A stretch of DNA of 44,786 bases from an uncultured Terriglobus sp. (GTDB lineage Bacteria > Acidobacteriota > Terriglobia > Terriglobales > Acidobacteriaceae). The notes under the pieces were generated by a model. The model was not told where the DNA came from and ran no database searches. It saw only the letters and a list, made by a program, of their open reading frames with translations. Positions 17,847 through 27,324 of the stretch are shown piece by piece (positions within the stretch are counted from its first letter, which is position 1; each line of letters starts with the position of its first letter). A program made the translations under genes and the position numbers. The stretch lies in the NCBI GenBank assembly GCA_964250115.1, contig CAXUEW010000002.1, positions 1,728 through 46,513 on the forward strand, in the 5' to 3' direction.

Positions 17847-19808
17847 ATGCACCGCGTTTTCTCTGCCTGCTTTGTCCTGCTTCTTTGCCTGCATAGCGCC
17901 TTCGCGGCCGGTCCCACGTACATGGCGCGCAAGGATATCCCAAGCGGCTTTGCCACACTTAGTTCCGTGGCGGTGGGCGACTTCAACGGCGACGGCGTAC
18001 TGGACCTGGCCGTCACGGGCACTTCAGATAAGCGGCTGGCGATCTTTCTGAACGACGGCAAGGGCAACTTCTCCTCGCCTGTCATCACGACGGCGACGAC
18101 CGCTGCCCTCGGCTTGGGGCCACTGGTGCTGGGCGATGTCAACGGCGACGGCAAGCTGGATGTCATCGTGGGGCCGGTCGGCGGCGATCAGATCGACCTC
18201 CTGTTTTTCGGCAAAGGAGATGGCACGTTTACGCAGGGTCCGAACATCACCGGAACATACGGCATTGTGTCTGCGCTTCTGGTGGATGTTAATAAGGATG
18301 GCCGCCTGGACCTAATCAGTGGCGGCAACGGTGCCGTGGACGTTTACCTGGGCGATGGCAAGAGCGGGTTCAAAGAGCAGTTCATCAACACGGGTACTCC
18401 CATTTACGGTCCAGAGGTGTTCCTGAACATTGTCGCGGCAGATTTCAACCGCGACGACAAGCTGGATTTCATCACGTCCATCTATGGCCCCAACAAGCTG
18501 CAGTTCTATGCGGGGGTGGGCGACGGAACCTTCAAGGTGCCGGTTGACTTTGTGCCGAAAGGCTTCTCACCGCCAGACTCGCTCGCCGTGGCAGATTTCA
18601 ATCGTGACGGCATTTTGGATCTGCTGGTGAGCACGCCCAACATTGTGTCGCTGCTGCGCGGTAACGGTGACGGCTCGCTGAAAACAAGCACTGCTGACTT
18701 CCAGACGATTACCATTCCGGACAGCACCAGATTCAAGAACGGCGACTATGCCCCGTTTGTGGCAGCTGCAGACGTGAACGGCGACAGTCTGCCAGACATT
18801 ATCACGGCCGACCCATACAACAGCATCCTGAGCGTGCTGTTGAATGATGGCAAAGGTTCCTTTCTGCAGACCACGCCGGACTTCACCGCGCAGCTTGCCG
18901 GCACGCCCAAAGCCGTGACCACTGCGGACCTGAACGGCGACGGCCTGCCCGACCTGATTGCCACTGACACAAAGACGCAGAGTGTCTCGTACTTTCTTTC
19001 CATCAAGCCGAAGGTTGCGCCAACGGTGGCCGTTTCTTCCAGCGCGGCCCAGGTGCTGGCGGGAAGCAGCGTGACGGTAAGCGTCAGCGTCACGGGCGGC
19101 GCCACCAAGCCAACCGGCAACGTGACGCTGACCGACGGCGGTCAGCCGCTGGGTCAGGCCCAGCTCGACAGCAACGGCACAGCCAGCTTCAACCTGCCGT
19201 CGCTTGCTGCAGGCGCGCACTCTTTTGTAGCCAGCTACACGGGTGACACGAATTACCTCACCGCGAGCAACTCGGCTGCCGTGGCAGTCGCCGTCTCAGA
19301 CGTAACCGTCACTTTGCCCGCCAGCAGCCAGACCATCGCGGCTGGCGGCAACGCTACGTACTCCGTGGCGCTCACGCCCGTGGCAAACTTCTCCGGCAGC
19401 GTGGCTTTCACCTGTTCCGGGCTGCCGGTCGGCTATTCGTGCAGCAGCACTTCTGTCGCGATCTCCGGCCAGGCCACCACGGGATCTGTCCGGGTAGTGT
19501 CCGGCACGGCTGCCAACACCGTGCCTGCCTTGCCATTTCACCGCGATGGGTTTGCCGTTTCGTTTGCAGTTCTGCTGCTGGGCTGCGTCTTGCCGGTCAG
19601 GCGGCAAGTTCTCGGATCGCTGCTTTGCCTGGTGCTGCTTGGCTTGCTGGGCACCGTGCTTTCGGGTTGCAGCGGGGGCGGCTCATCCTCTGTAGCCTCA
19701 ACGACGCCGGTTTACCGCGGCACCACCAACTTCACGATTACTTCCACCTTGACACAGGGTGCGCAGACCACCACGCACACCTCGCAAGCCACGCTTACTG
19801 TGCAGTAG
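17847..19808 (+). CDS. Secreted FG-GAP (VCBS) repeat beta-propeller + Ig-like protein with a C-terminal TM hairpin and internal lipobox
   Basis: Seven D(F/V/L)NxDxxxD repeats; Big_3-like PTGNVTLTDG...LAAGAHSFVASYTGDTNY; two hydrophobic helices followed by VLSG-C-SGGG near the C-terminus. Confidence 0.85.
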   Translation: MHRVFSACFVLLLCLHSAFAAGPTYMARKDIPSGFATLSSVAVGDFNGDGVLDLAVTGTSDKRLAIFLNDGKGNFSSPVITTATTAALGLGPLVLGDVNGDGKLDVIVGPVGGDQIDLLFFGKGDGTFTQGPNITGTYGIVSALLVDVNKDGRLDLISGGNGAVDVYLGDGKSGFKEQFINTGTPIYGPEVFLNIVAADFNRDDKLDFITSIYGPNKLQFYAGVGDGTFKVPVDFVPKGFSPPDSLAVADFNRDGILDLLVSTPNIVSLLRGNGDGSLKTSTADFQTITIPDSTRFKNGDYAPFVAAADVNGDSLPDIITADPYNSILSVLLNDGKGSFLQTTPDFTAQLAGTPKAVTTADLNGDGLPDLIATDTKTQSVSYFLSIKPKVAPTVAVSSSAAQVLAGSSVTVSVSVTGGATKPTGNVTLTDGGQPLGQAQLDSNGTASFNLPSLAAGAHSFVASYTGDTNYLTASNSAAVAVAVSDVTVTLPASSQTIAAGGNATYSVALTPVANFSGSVAFTCSGLPVGYSCSSTSVAISGQATTGSVRVVSGTAANTVPALPFHRDGFAVSFAVLLLGCVLPVRRQVLGSLLCLVLLGLLGTVLSGCSGGGSSSVASTTPVYRGTTNFTITSTLTQGAQTTTHTSQATLTVQ

Positions 19809-19858
19809 GCGCGGTGGGAACAGTCACATCTCACACATACCTTTAACCGAGGATTTGC

Positions 19859-21370
19859 ATGCGCCGCCTGCTCCTGCCGCTTCTGCTTTTCGCCGCTGCC
19901 GCCTCCCTTCCGGCAGAGGTTCGCCTGCCCAACGTCCTTTCAGACCACGCTGTTCTGCAGCGGCAGCGGCCCGTACGCATCTGGGGCTGGGCGAACACCG
20001 GCGAACAGGTGACGGTGGCGTTTCATGCGCAGACTTTGCAGGCCGTGACCGATGATTACGGCCAGTGGGAAGCCTGGCTGAAGCCGGAAGAAGCTGGCGG
20101 ACCCTACACCCTGACCGTCTCCGGCAATGCGACAGCCGCATCCCTGAAGCGCGAAGACCTTCTGATGGGCGATGTCTGGATCGCCTCCGGCCAGTCCAAC
20201 ATGGAGATGCCCCTGCGCGGTTTCAACCCGCAGACACCCGTCAAGAACGGCGACGCGGAGATTGCCGCGGCCAACCACCCACGCATCCGTCTCTTGCTGC
20301 AGAAGAAGCGCCCCGCCGGCCTTCCTGCCGCCGATACAAACGAGACCTGGACGGTGTGCACGCCCGAGACGGCAAAGGAGTTTTCCGCCGTTGCCTACTT
20401 CTTTGGCCGTGAGATCAGCGACCGCGAAAAGGTGCCAGTCGGGCTGATCGACACCACGTGGGGCGGCACACCGGCGCACAGTTGGATCAGCGCTGGCGGC
20501 ATCGCCTCTGCCAACCTGGCCAGCGTGGCCACCGCAGGCGCGAACATCGTCGAAGACCAGGCGCGGGTCGACGAGATCAAGTCGCTTTGGGCACAGCAGG
20601 ATGCCGCCGACAAGGCGGCGGGACGCATCCCGGTAACCCATCCGCCGGTGGTCGACCGCGCCGGTGCGTGGACACCCTCTGCGCTGTACAACGGCATGGT
20701 CGCTCCCTACACCCGGTACGCCATCAAAGGAGCCATCTGGTACCAGGGCGAGACCGACCAGGCACCGGGCTACGCGCCCAACTACTCCCGTGTATTTCCC
20801 GCGTTGATCCAGGACTGGCGGCGTCAGTGGGGCCAAGGTGACTTCCCATTCCTGTTCGTGCAGTTGTCCAGCTACACCTCAAACCAGGACGGCTGGAACA
20901 CGGTGCGCGACGCGCAGCGCCGCACGCTGCATCTGGAAAACACCGGCATGGCCGTAACGCTTGACGTGGGCAATCCAACTAACATCCACCCCGCCGACAA
21001 GCAAACGGTGGGGGCGCGTCTGGCCGCAGCAGCGCTCGGCGGAACCTACGGCGAGAAGGTCGAGTCAGCCTCGCCCACCTTTGTGCAGGCAACAACGGAA
21101 GGCAGCAGCATGCGCGCATGGTTCTCCCACGCGGCGGGACTGACGACAAAAGGCCAGCCGGTTGGCGGCTTCGAAGTAGCAGGCCTCGACCACAAGTTCG
21201 TCCCCGCCGAGGCACGCATCGAGAAGGTCGGCGGTTCGGAGACGGTCGTCGCCACCGCCACCGCAGTTCCGCACCCACGCTACATCCGCTACGGCTGGGC
21301 TTCTGTCGTCACCTCTTACCTGTACAACAGCGCAGGCCTGCCCGCAGGCACCTTCACGTCAGAACCTTAG
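19859..21370 (+). CDS. Sialate O-acetylesterase (SASA/SGNH family)
   Basis: GDVWIASGQSNM, FSAVAYFFG, WGGT, IWYQGE and D...NIHP motifs; signal peptide. Confidence 0.92.
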   Translation: MRRLLLPLLLFAAAASLPAEVRLPNVLSDHAVLQRQRPVRIWGWANTGEQVTVAFHAQTLQAVTDDYGQWEAWLKPEEAGGPYTLTVSGNATAASLKREDLLMGDVWIASGQSNMEMPLRGFNPQTPVKNGDAEIAAANHPRIRLLLQKKRPAGLPAADTNETWTVCTPETAKEFSAVAYFFGREISDREKVPVGLIDTTWGGTPAHSWISAGGIASANLASVATAGANIVEDQARVDEIKSLWAQQDAADKAAGRIPVTHPPVVDRAGAWTPSALYNGMVAPYTRYAIKGAIWYQGETDQAPGYAPNYSRVFPALIQDWRRQWGQGDFPFLFVQLSSYTSNQDGWNTVRDAQRRTLHLENTGMAVTLDVGNPTNIHPADKQTVGARLAAAALGGTYGEKVESASPTFVQATTEGSSMRAWFSHAAGLTTKGQPVGGFEVAGLDHKFVPAEARIEKVGGSETVVATATAVPHPRYIRYGWASVVTSYLYNSAGLPAGTFTSEP

Positions 21371-21462
21371 TCGCCGCGCACGTTCGTCCGTGCCTGAACG
21401 ACGGAGCGGAGCCATCTGCCAGACGATTGCGCGCATTCGAGGGCTCCCACTCTCCGCCAGTC

Positions 21463-21775
21463 TATAGCTGTTCTCTCTTGGGTGTAGCTGTTTCACTCAG
21501 GGCCAAAGGCCGTCCACATAACAGCCTGGGCCGAAGGCCCAGGGAACCGGACATCCACGGTAAAGCGCTGAAAGCGCGACACATTAGCCACAGCTATACC
21601 TGAAACAGAACTGCTCTTAGAGCAGTTTCCCTCAAGGTGTAGTCGCCATTCATGTGTCGCGCCTACAGCGCTCTGTGCGGCTTACTCGCATACCTAGGCC
21701 TTCGGCCTAGGCTGTTATAAGTCGGGTCTTTGGCCCTAAAGAAATGAAGGCTACATCTGATCAGGAAACGATCTA
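21463..21775. mobile_element. Two back-to-back, inverted MITE/REP-like units (~155 bp each)
   Basis: Unit 1 spans 21463-21617 and unit 2 spans 21618-21775. Each has imperfect terminal inverted repeats of the type TAGAGCAGTT..GGTGTAG and internal hairpins (gggccaaaggcc, cctgggccgaaggcccagg, gcgctgaaagcgc), which are reversed in unit 2. Confidence 0.65.
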
Positions 21776-21903
21776 GGAAAGAGCGGAAGTTGTGGGCGTG
21801 GCCATGGCTTTGCATCCATGCGGAACACAGGAGAGCTATATATGGCCTCTGGCCTGTGCGCTTATATCCAGTCTGATGGTAGAAACCCGGCCTTTCACAG
21901 GCT

Positions 21904-21958
21904 TTGAGAACTTTTTCAGAAATCTCTGAGGACGCGAGTACATCCCCTTGGCTAGATT
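21904..21958 (+). promoter_or_regulatory. 11-bp-periodic direct repeats plus -10 element upstream of the collagen-like gene
   Basis: TTGAG (21904), TTCAG (21915), CTGAG (21926), then TAGATT at 21953. Aligns without gaps to 23500-23554. Confidence 0.6.
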
Positions 21959-21998
21959 TGGGTCGTTCTTCCAACTCACTTCATTCAGGATCTTCCAA

Positions 21999-23087
21999 AT
22001 GCACAAGGCATTTTTGCCATGTATCTTTCTGCTCGCAGGTACCGTCGCAGGTAACGCACAATCCAGCACCACCACCTCAAACTCCTCCACGCTTATCACG
22101 GCGTGCGTCGGCAACCTGACAGGTATTCCTCGTCTGGTGTCCTCCTCGAAAGAGTGCCTGAAAGGCTTGGAGACGTTCCAGACCTGGAACATTCAAGGGC
22201 CTCAGGGCGTTCAAGGGCCTCAAGGTGCGCAAGGGCCTGCCGGAATGACCGGCGCTCAGGGTCCCGCAGGAGCACCTGGAGCCAAGGGCTCAACCGGCGC
22301 TGTCGGCCCACAGGGTCCCGCCGGTGCTCAGGGTCCGGCTGGACCTGCCGGAGCTCAGGGTGCGAAGGGTGACACAGGTGCTGCTGGACTCCAAGGTCCC
22401 GCCGGCCCGCAAGGCTCCACAGGTGCGAAGGGTGACACTGGCGCTGCCGGTGCACAGGGTGCAAAAGGTGATCCGGGTGTGGCCGGCGCACAGGGACCAG
22501 CAGGTGCCACGGGCGCAAAGGGTGATACGGGTGCTGCCGGACCACAGGGTCCCGCAGGCATCAAGGGTGATACTGGCTCTGCGGGTGCCACAGGCGCAAC
22601 CGGTGCCGAGGGCCCTGCAGGGCCATCCGGCCCAACCGGTCCCACTGGAGCAACAGGTCCCGCTGGAGTAGCAGGAGGGAGTGTGTTGCTGGCAAGCGAC
22701 CTGTTACCTGCAAGCATTCCTGAGGTCAACGGTTTTGCCTTTGGCTTGATCGGCAGCCAGCCGGCACCTGTTTCGATACCGACAGCAACCGTACCCCTTC
22801 CGAACGCCTGCACATCCTTCACGCTTACGGCAACGGTCGTGAAAGCGCGAGGAACATCCCAGGCATCCTTCTATCTCATAGCTGGGTCCCTCACTGGGAC
22901 TGACTACACACAACGCAGCGTTCCTCTATGCTCGGTGACTGCAACCGGCGGCGCTCCCGTGAGTTGCACGGGAACAATTAATGCCAGTTTGCCGGCGAAC
23001 GGCATCACGGACATCGGGCTCTACGTAACTGCAGATAGTGGATTCCAAGGCGCAAATGTGCTGACAAAGGCGACCTGCGCCCCTTAG
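21999..23087 (+). CDS. Secreted collagen-like protein
   Basis: Signal peptide [20 protein letters not shown]; Cys-pair N-domain (ITAC...RLV...C...WN); about 53 uninterrupted Gly-X-Y triplets; Cys-containing C-terminal beta domain. Confidence 0.9.
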   Translation: MHKAFLPCIFLLAGTVAGNAQSSTTTSNSSTLITACVGNLTGIPRLVSSSKECLKGLETFQTWNIQGPQGVQGPQGAQGPAGMTGAQGPAGAPGAKGSTGAVGPQGPAGAQGPAGPAGAQGAKGDTGAAGLQGPAGPQGSTGAKGDTGAAGAQGAKGDPGVAGAQGPAGATGAKGDTGAAGPQGPAGIKGDTGSAGATGATGAEGPAGPSGPTGPTGATGPAGVAGGSVLLASDLLPASIPEVNGFAFGLIGSQPAPVSIPTATVPLPNACTSFTLTATVVKARGTSQASFYLIAGSLTGTDYTQRSVPLCSVTATGGAPVSCTGTINASLPANGITDIGLYVTADSGFQGANVLTKATCAP

Positions 23088-23139
23088 CCGGCGGCAGCCG
23101 GCCCGCAAGGTACGCAACTCCCAGCGCCCAGCGAGTCGA

Positions 23140-23173
23140 ACACAGGCCGCACCTACCAAGGTGCGGCCTGTGT
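23140..23173 (+). terminator. Strong stem-loop after the collagen-like gene
   Basis: Perfect 15-bp stem acacaggccgcacct / aggtgcggcctgtgt with a 4-nt loop; the U-tract is weak. Confidence 0.6.
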
Positions 23174-23488
23174 GTTGCTGGGATGGTCACTTTGAGTGAG
23201 AGCGAGATGTGGCATACTGGTTTGCGATAAGACCGACCCGGACACGGATCGTGAGCGATTCTCGTTACACCTTTGGCCTGTACAATCTTACCGGGTCTGG
23301 ACTGTTGTGAGATGCACGTTCATGGCATGCGCTACCAAATCCTATGCCATAGGCCCAAGGCACGGAACTGCGGCACCTGCGAACAGCCGGACTTGCGAGG
23401 TCTCGAAGTCCCGGCGAAATAAGTCAGGCCCGGCTGCGTCTTACGCCAGGCGCAACAACGGCTTGGCAAGCCTCATCAAAGTGGCATT

Positions 23489-23554
23489 TTGAGCCGATCT
23501 TGAGCCGATCTTGAGAAGTCTTTGAGGATTTGGGAACATCCGTCCCGCTATGGT
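23489..23554 (+). promoter_or_regulatory. 11-bp-periodic TTGAG direct repeats plus -10 element upstream of the PEP-CTERM gene
   Basis: TTGAG at 23489, 23500, 23511 and 23522, then TATGGT at 23549. Confidence 0.65.
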
Positions 23555-23600
23555 TGGTCTCATTCCTCTAACTCAGCTTCATTAGGATTCATGCTCAAAA

Positions 23601-24218
23601 ATGTCTTATCCATGCTCTCTTCTTCTCTCAGGTGCCCTGCGGAGTTTTCGACTCCGTCGTTTTCGGTTTGTACGTTTCACCTTCATCTTGGCGTTTATTC
23701 TCCTGGGTTCCACTGCTGCCCGAGCCGACTTCATCTACGCCTTCCACATCGACACGCAGGTGATCGGGGGCACCACCTATGGAGCGGCCGACATCCGGTT
23801 CGTTGGAACGACCCTGCCTCCGATTACGGACAGTGGGTTGATTACGCTGAACTACCTGGACGGCAGCATCAACGGTTACGCACCCGCCGTAAGTAACATG
23901 TCACGGACGGTTGCGAGCGCTCAAAGTTTCGGTATGCCGACCGGGGCGGTTACCGCCTTTTATTTCTATTTTCCTTTTTTTGAAACGATTACGGCACCCG
24001 GAACCTACGCTACCCAGCAGATTGTAGATGGCTCGGCGAACGGAGCTGGTCGTGGCATTTCGTTCGTAAACGGCATAGACATCTCTTACACTTCCGGAAG
24101 CCTGACGATTTCGCCTTATGTGGCAGTCACACCGGAGCCGTCGAGCCTGGCTCTCCTTGGCACCGGCATGATTGGGCTAGCGGGCTTTCTTCGGCGAAGG
24201 TATGCATGCACGGCCTGA
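23601..24218 (+). CDS. PEP-CTERM sorting-domain protein
   Basis: Long signal ending STAARA; C-terminal VTPEPSSLALLGTGMIGLAGFLRRR. Confidence 0.88.
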   Translation: MSYPCSLLLSGALRSFRLRRFRFVRFTFILAFILLGSTAARADFIYAFHIDTQVIGGTTYGAADIRFVGTTLPPITDSGLITLNYLDGSINGYAPAVSNMSRTVASAQSFGMPTGAVTAFYFYFPFFETITAPGTYATQQIVDGSANGAGRGISFVNGIDISYTSGSLTISPYVAVTPEPSSLALLGTGMIGLAGFLRRRYACTA

Positions 24219-24428
24219 TCAGGCTGTCCGCCCCGTGAATGTATGAGAGGGCGGCACGGCGGCACCCCGGCAAGGACCGGACCGAATTCTCTTTTATAGT
24301 GGGCTTTTCTCCCATTTGAGCCAGACTGCCCAATCAGGGTCTGGCTCTCACTTTCCACAAGCCTCAGTAGAAGCGGCGCACGGACCAGCCCCAGGAAGGG
24401 GAGGAATGCATTGTGGGATACTTGAGTC

Positions 24429-26570
24429 GTGCTGAGACTAGCGCGAAAGTGGATTGTGAGCAGTTCCAGTTATACGTTCGGTCCTTACGTCCTTACCCGG
24501 GCCGGCCGCGTCCTTCTCCGTAACGGTGAACCTGTCTCCGCCACGCCGAAGGTACTCGCCACGCTTCTGGTGCTGCTTCGCGCTAACGGGCAGGCGCTCA
24601 GCAAGGAAGACCTGCTGCAGGCAGTGTGGCCGGACAGTTTTGTAGAAGAGGGCAACCTAACGCAGACCATTTCTGTTCTGCGCAAGCTTCTGGCACCGGA
24701 TTACCCAGACGGCAGTCCCATAGAAACCATCCCCCGGATGGGCTACCGCTTCTGCGCCCCGGTTGAGATCGCAGAGGAGCCTCCGCAAGTCTTCCTGCCG
24801 GTTAGCTGGCCGTCCACGGCCCTCACGGAGAAGCAATCCGCTCCTTTCCGTATCGCATCACTGCCCGACTTAGCTCGAGTGGCGCAACCCAACAATGGGA
24901 CTGCCTCCGCACCTGGTGCACCGCGCTCCACCGGACAGATTCAGGGGCTTCGTGGCAAGCGCCTTGCCGCGTTTGCTCTAGCGGTTGGGATTGTTGCGGT
25001 AACGGCCCTGCTTGTTACGCTGCATCGTTCCCGCGTTTCAGCCAAAGCGGCTGCCACGTTGAAGCCGCGAATCGCAGTGCTTGCCTTCAAAAACCTGTCA
25101 CGCTCAGCCGACACCGTGTGGATTGCCGACGCGTTACGCGAGACCCTGACAACGGAACTCGGTTCCGACCGCACGCTGCGAGTTCTGCCCAGTGAGGCGG
25201 TGGAGCGGGCTGAGCGCGAGATGAACATCGTTCCCACCACCGATCTGGGCCCGGACAAGCTGCAGCAGGTATGCCAGAACCTGGATTGCGACGTGGTGGT
25301 CAGCGGGTCTTATCTTGTGACCGGCGACCGCATTCGGCTCGACGCTCGCCTGCTTGCGGCTCGGGATGGAGCTGTCCTGGGAACGTTCAACGCAACGGAA
25401 TCCACGAACGGCCTGTTGGCCTTGATCGACCAGGCTGGTGCTTACATGCGTATGTCGTTCGGCCTTCGCACTTCGTCTGCAAACAGAGAGGCCGTTCGCG
25501 CCAGCGTGTCGAAAGATCCCGAGGCGTACCGGCTTTACATCGAAGGCCTGGAACAGGTTCGCGCATTCGACGGACGGGCTGCCGTCGATCTGCTGGAACG
25601 CTCTGCCAAGCTGGACCCGAACTTCCCCCTGGTGCATGAGGAACTCGCCAATGCGTACACCATCCTGGGGCAGGAGGAAAGGGCGGTGACCGAAGCGCAC
25701 AAAGCCGAGGCACTGGACGGGAACCTGTCTCGCCAGGATCAGCTGCAGATTGAGGCCGGTGCGCGAAGAGCGGAGCGGCGCTTTACCGAGGCAGCGGAAC
25801 TGTACCAAACGCTCTTCACCATGTACCCCGAAGAGTTGAAGTACGGTTGGTTGATGGCAGCGGAACTGTCCTATGCAGGGCATCCGCAGCAATGCATCGA
25901 TGTGCTTCGCTCCATCGAGGCACAGGGCACGCCAGCGGCACACGATCCCCGTATGTATTCCACCATGGCAGATTGCTATGGCCTCATGGGGGACTGGCCG
26001 GCCTCCCTTGCAAGTGCCACGAAAGGCGCGGAAGAAAGCAAGCGGCGAGGCGCAAAGGTGCTGTATGGAAGGCTGCTCACCTCCAGAACACAGGCCCTGA
26101 TGTACATGAAGCAGCTGCAGCCCGCGCTCGTTGAGACACAGGAGGCTGTCTCGATTGCTCGGGCATTCCATGACTACTCCGGTGAGCTTCGCGCGCTGAA
26201 TCGGCTTGGTCAGATTGAGACGGCCATGGGCAACCTGACCCAGGCGCAGGTCTTTCTCCAGGAGGCGCTCGCCCGGGAAGACCAGCTCGGCGAGACGGAA
26301 CGGCAGATCCACACGCTTGCCGCGCTTGGCCGAAATCTGGAGCAGCAAGGGAAGTATGCAGAAGCCGCCGTAAGTTTCCAGCGTGGATTAGATGTAGCCC
26401 GAGACTACGGTCAGCCGATCTTCGTGGTGGAGGCCCAGCTCAACGTGGGCAGGCTGCAGGTGCGGCAGGGCAAACTACGCGAAGGCCGTGAGATGTTGCG
26501 TCTGGTCGCCTCCCGCGCCGCCGGGTTGAACAACCAGCAGCTTGTGGCAGAAGCCATGCATCCCTTCTGA
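24429..26570 (+). CDS. Membrane-anchored one-component regulator: OmpR/CadC-type winged helix + TM + TolB-N-like + TPR repeats
   Basis: YTFGPY...SKEDLLQAVWPDSFVEEGNLTQTISVLRK...IETIPRMGYRF; one TM helix (LAAFALAVGIVAVTALLV); IAVLAFKNLS; PEAYRLYIEG followed by TPRs. The start may be GTG at 24456. Confidence 0.88.
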   Translation: MLRLARKWIVSSSSYTFGPYVLTRAGRVLLRNGEPVSATPKVLATLLVLLRANGQALSKEDLLQAVWPDSFVEEGNLTQTISVLRKLLAPDYPDGSPIETIPRMGYRFCAPVEIAEEPPQVFLPVSWPSTALTEKQSAPFRIASLPDLARVAQPNNGTASAPGAPRSTGQIQGLRGKRLAAFALAVGIVAVTALLVTLHRSRVSAKAAATLKPRIAVLAFKNLSRSADTVWIADALRETLTTELGSDRTLRVLPSEAVERAEREMNIVPTTDLGPDKLQQVCQNLDCDVVVSGSYLVTGDRIRLDARLLAARDGAVLGTFNATESTNGLLALIDQAGAYMRMSFGLRTSSANREAVRASVSKDPEAYRLYIEGLEQVRAFDGRAAVDLLERSAKLDPNFPLVHEELANAYTILGQEERAVTEAHKAEALDGNLSRQDQLQIEAGARRAERRFTEAAELYQTLFTMYPEELKYGWLMAAELSYAGHPQQCIDVLRSIEAQGTPAAHDPRMYSTMADCYGLMGDWPASLASATKGAEESKRRGAKVLYGRLLTSRTQALMYMKQLQPALVETQEAVSIARAFHDYSGELRALNRLGQIETAMGNLTQAQVFLQEALAREDQLGETERQIHTLAALGRNLEQQGKYAEAAVSFQRGLDVARDYGQPIFVVEAQLNVGRLQVRQGKLREGREMLRLVASRAAGLNNQQLVAEAMHPF

Positions 26571-26615
26571 TTCGTGGGGATGAGAAGACGGCACGATCGT
26601 ATGCCTCCCGAGATG

Positions 26616-26866
26616 CGAAGTAAATCGCCCAATAGCTGACCTTTGTCGGCTTGATGGTCAACATTGCCGCAGCCTTCTTTTTCGGTTATGCCCGCGGCAG
26701 CAACGCGCATCGCATGTTCCTGTACGCAGGCCTCATCCTGATTGGCGCGAGCCTGTTTGACATGGTCGTTGGCCGCGCGTGGCCCGCGCGACCAACCAGG
26801 TTTCTTTGGGGCCGTTCTGCGACTCGGTGATCGATCACTATTCTGACGTCGCGATCTTCTTGGCTT
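26616..26866 (+). pseudogene. Degenerate internal copy of the pgsA-like gene (38438-38691)
   Basis: ...tcgcccaatagc-tgacctttgtcggc...gcagcaacgcgcatcgcatgttcctgtacgc...gactcggtgatcga aligns with the intact gene, with indels and many third-position changes. Confidence 0.9.
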
Positions 26867-26867
26867 A

Positions 26868-27036
26868 CCGGCTGAGGCTCGGTGGAAAATTTTAGGCGAT
26901 TTGTAAGACCGCCGTCTCAACCGCCGCGACGGTTCCACATCCGCGCTACATCGGCGATGGCTGGACATCGGTGGTACGGCGTACCTGTACAACAGCGCAG
27001 ACCTGCCCAGCAGGCACCTTTACGTCGGAGCCGTGA
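26868..27036 (+). pseudogene. Degenerate copy of the 3' end of the sialate O-acetylesterase gene (21203-21370)
   Basis: gttccacatccgcgctacatc...tacctgtacaacagcgcag...gcaggcacctttacgtcggagccgtga encodes VPHPRYI...YLYNSA...AGTFTSEP*. The stop is TGA here and TAG in the intact copy. Confidence 0.9.
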
Positions 27037-27324
27037 CCGCCCAGGGATAGTGGCGAAGGTAAACGCTTCACTTCACCCAAACAGCAGTAGCCATCCCGTT
27101 CCGGGACGGTTTGCGCGAACTGCCAAAGGTTGTTTATTTGCCATTGTGCACAGCGCCTTCTGCCAGACTCAAGTTTTCAGCTATCGATTGCAATCGAGTC
27201 CGCAATCAGCTGCCGAAGCGCTGAGGGATATTGGCCTGTATCCTTAAAGGGTGAGCTTTTTCTCTGGCTTTTTGATGGTCTTTTCTTTCAGGGCGGTTTT
27301 GCGTCATGTCGGATCGCGCACCTG

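Noticed and set aside
22195-22680. Repetitive DNA considered as a CRISPR array or VNTR
   Set aside because: The 9-bp periodicity is Gly-X-Y coding; there is no repeat-spacer structure and no cas gene.
23196-23492. 98-aa ORF between the collagen and PEP-CTERM genes
   Set aside because: No RBS or recognisable motif, and its end overlaps the repeat promoter.
26411-27247. ORFs 26411-26992 (-) and 26882-27247 (+)
   Set aside because: Explained by pgsA and esterase relics read in other frames.
27130-27324. N-terminal extensions in the ORF track (also 21948, 30368, 38261, 15877, 7072)
   Set aside because: Downstream ATGs fit better with RBS, signal peptide, translational coupling or family start.
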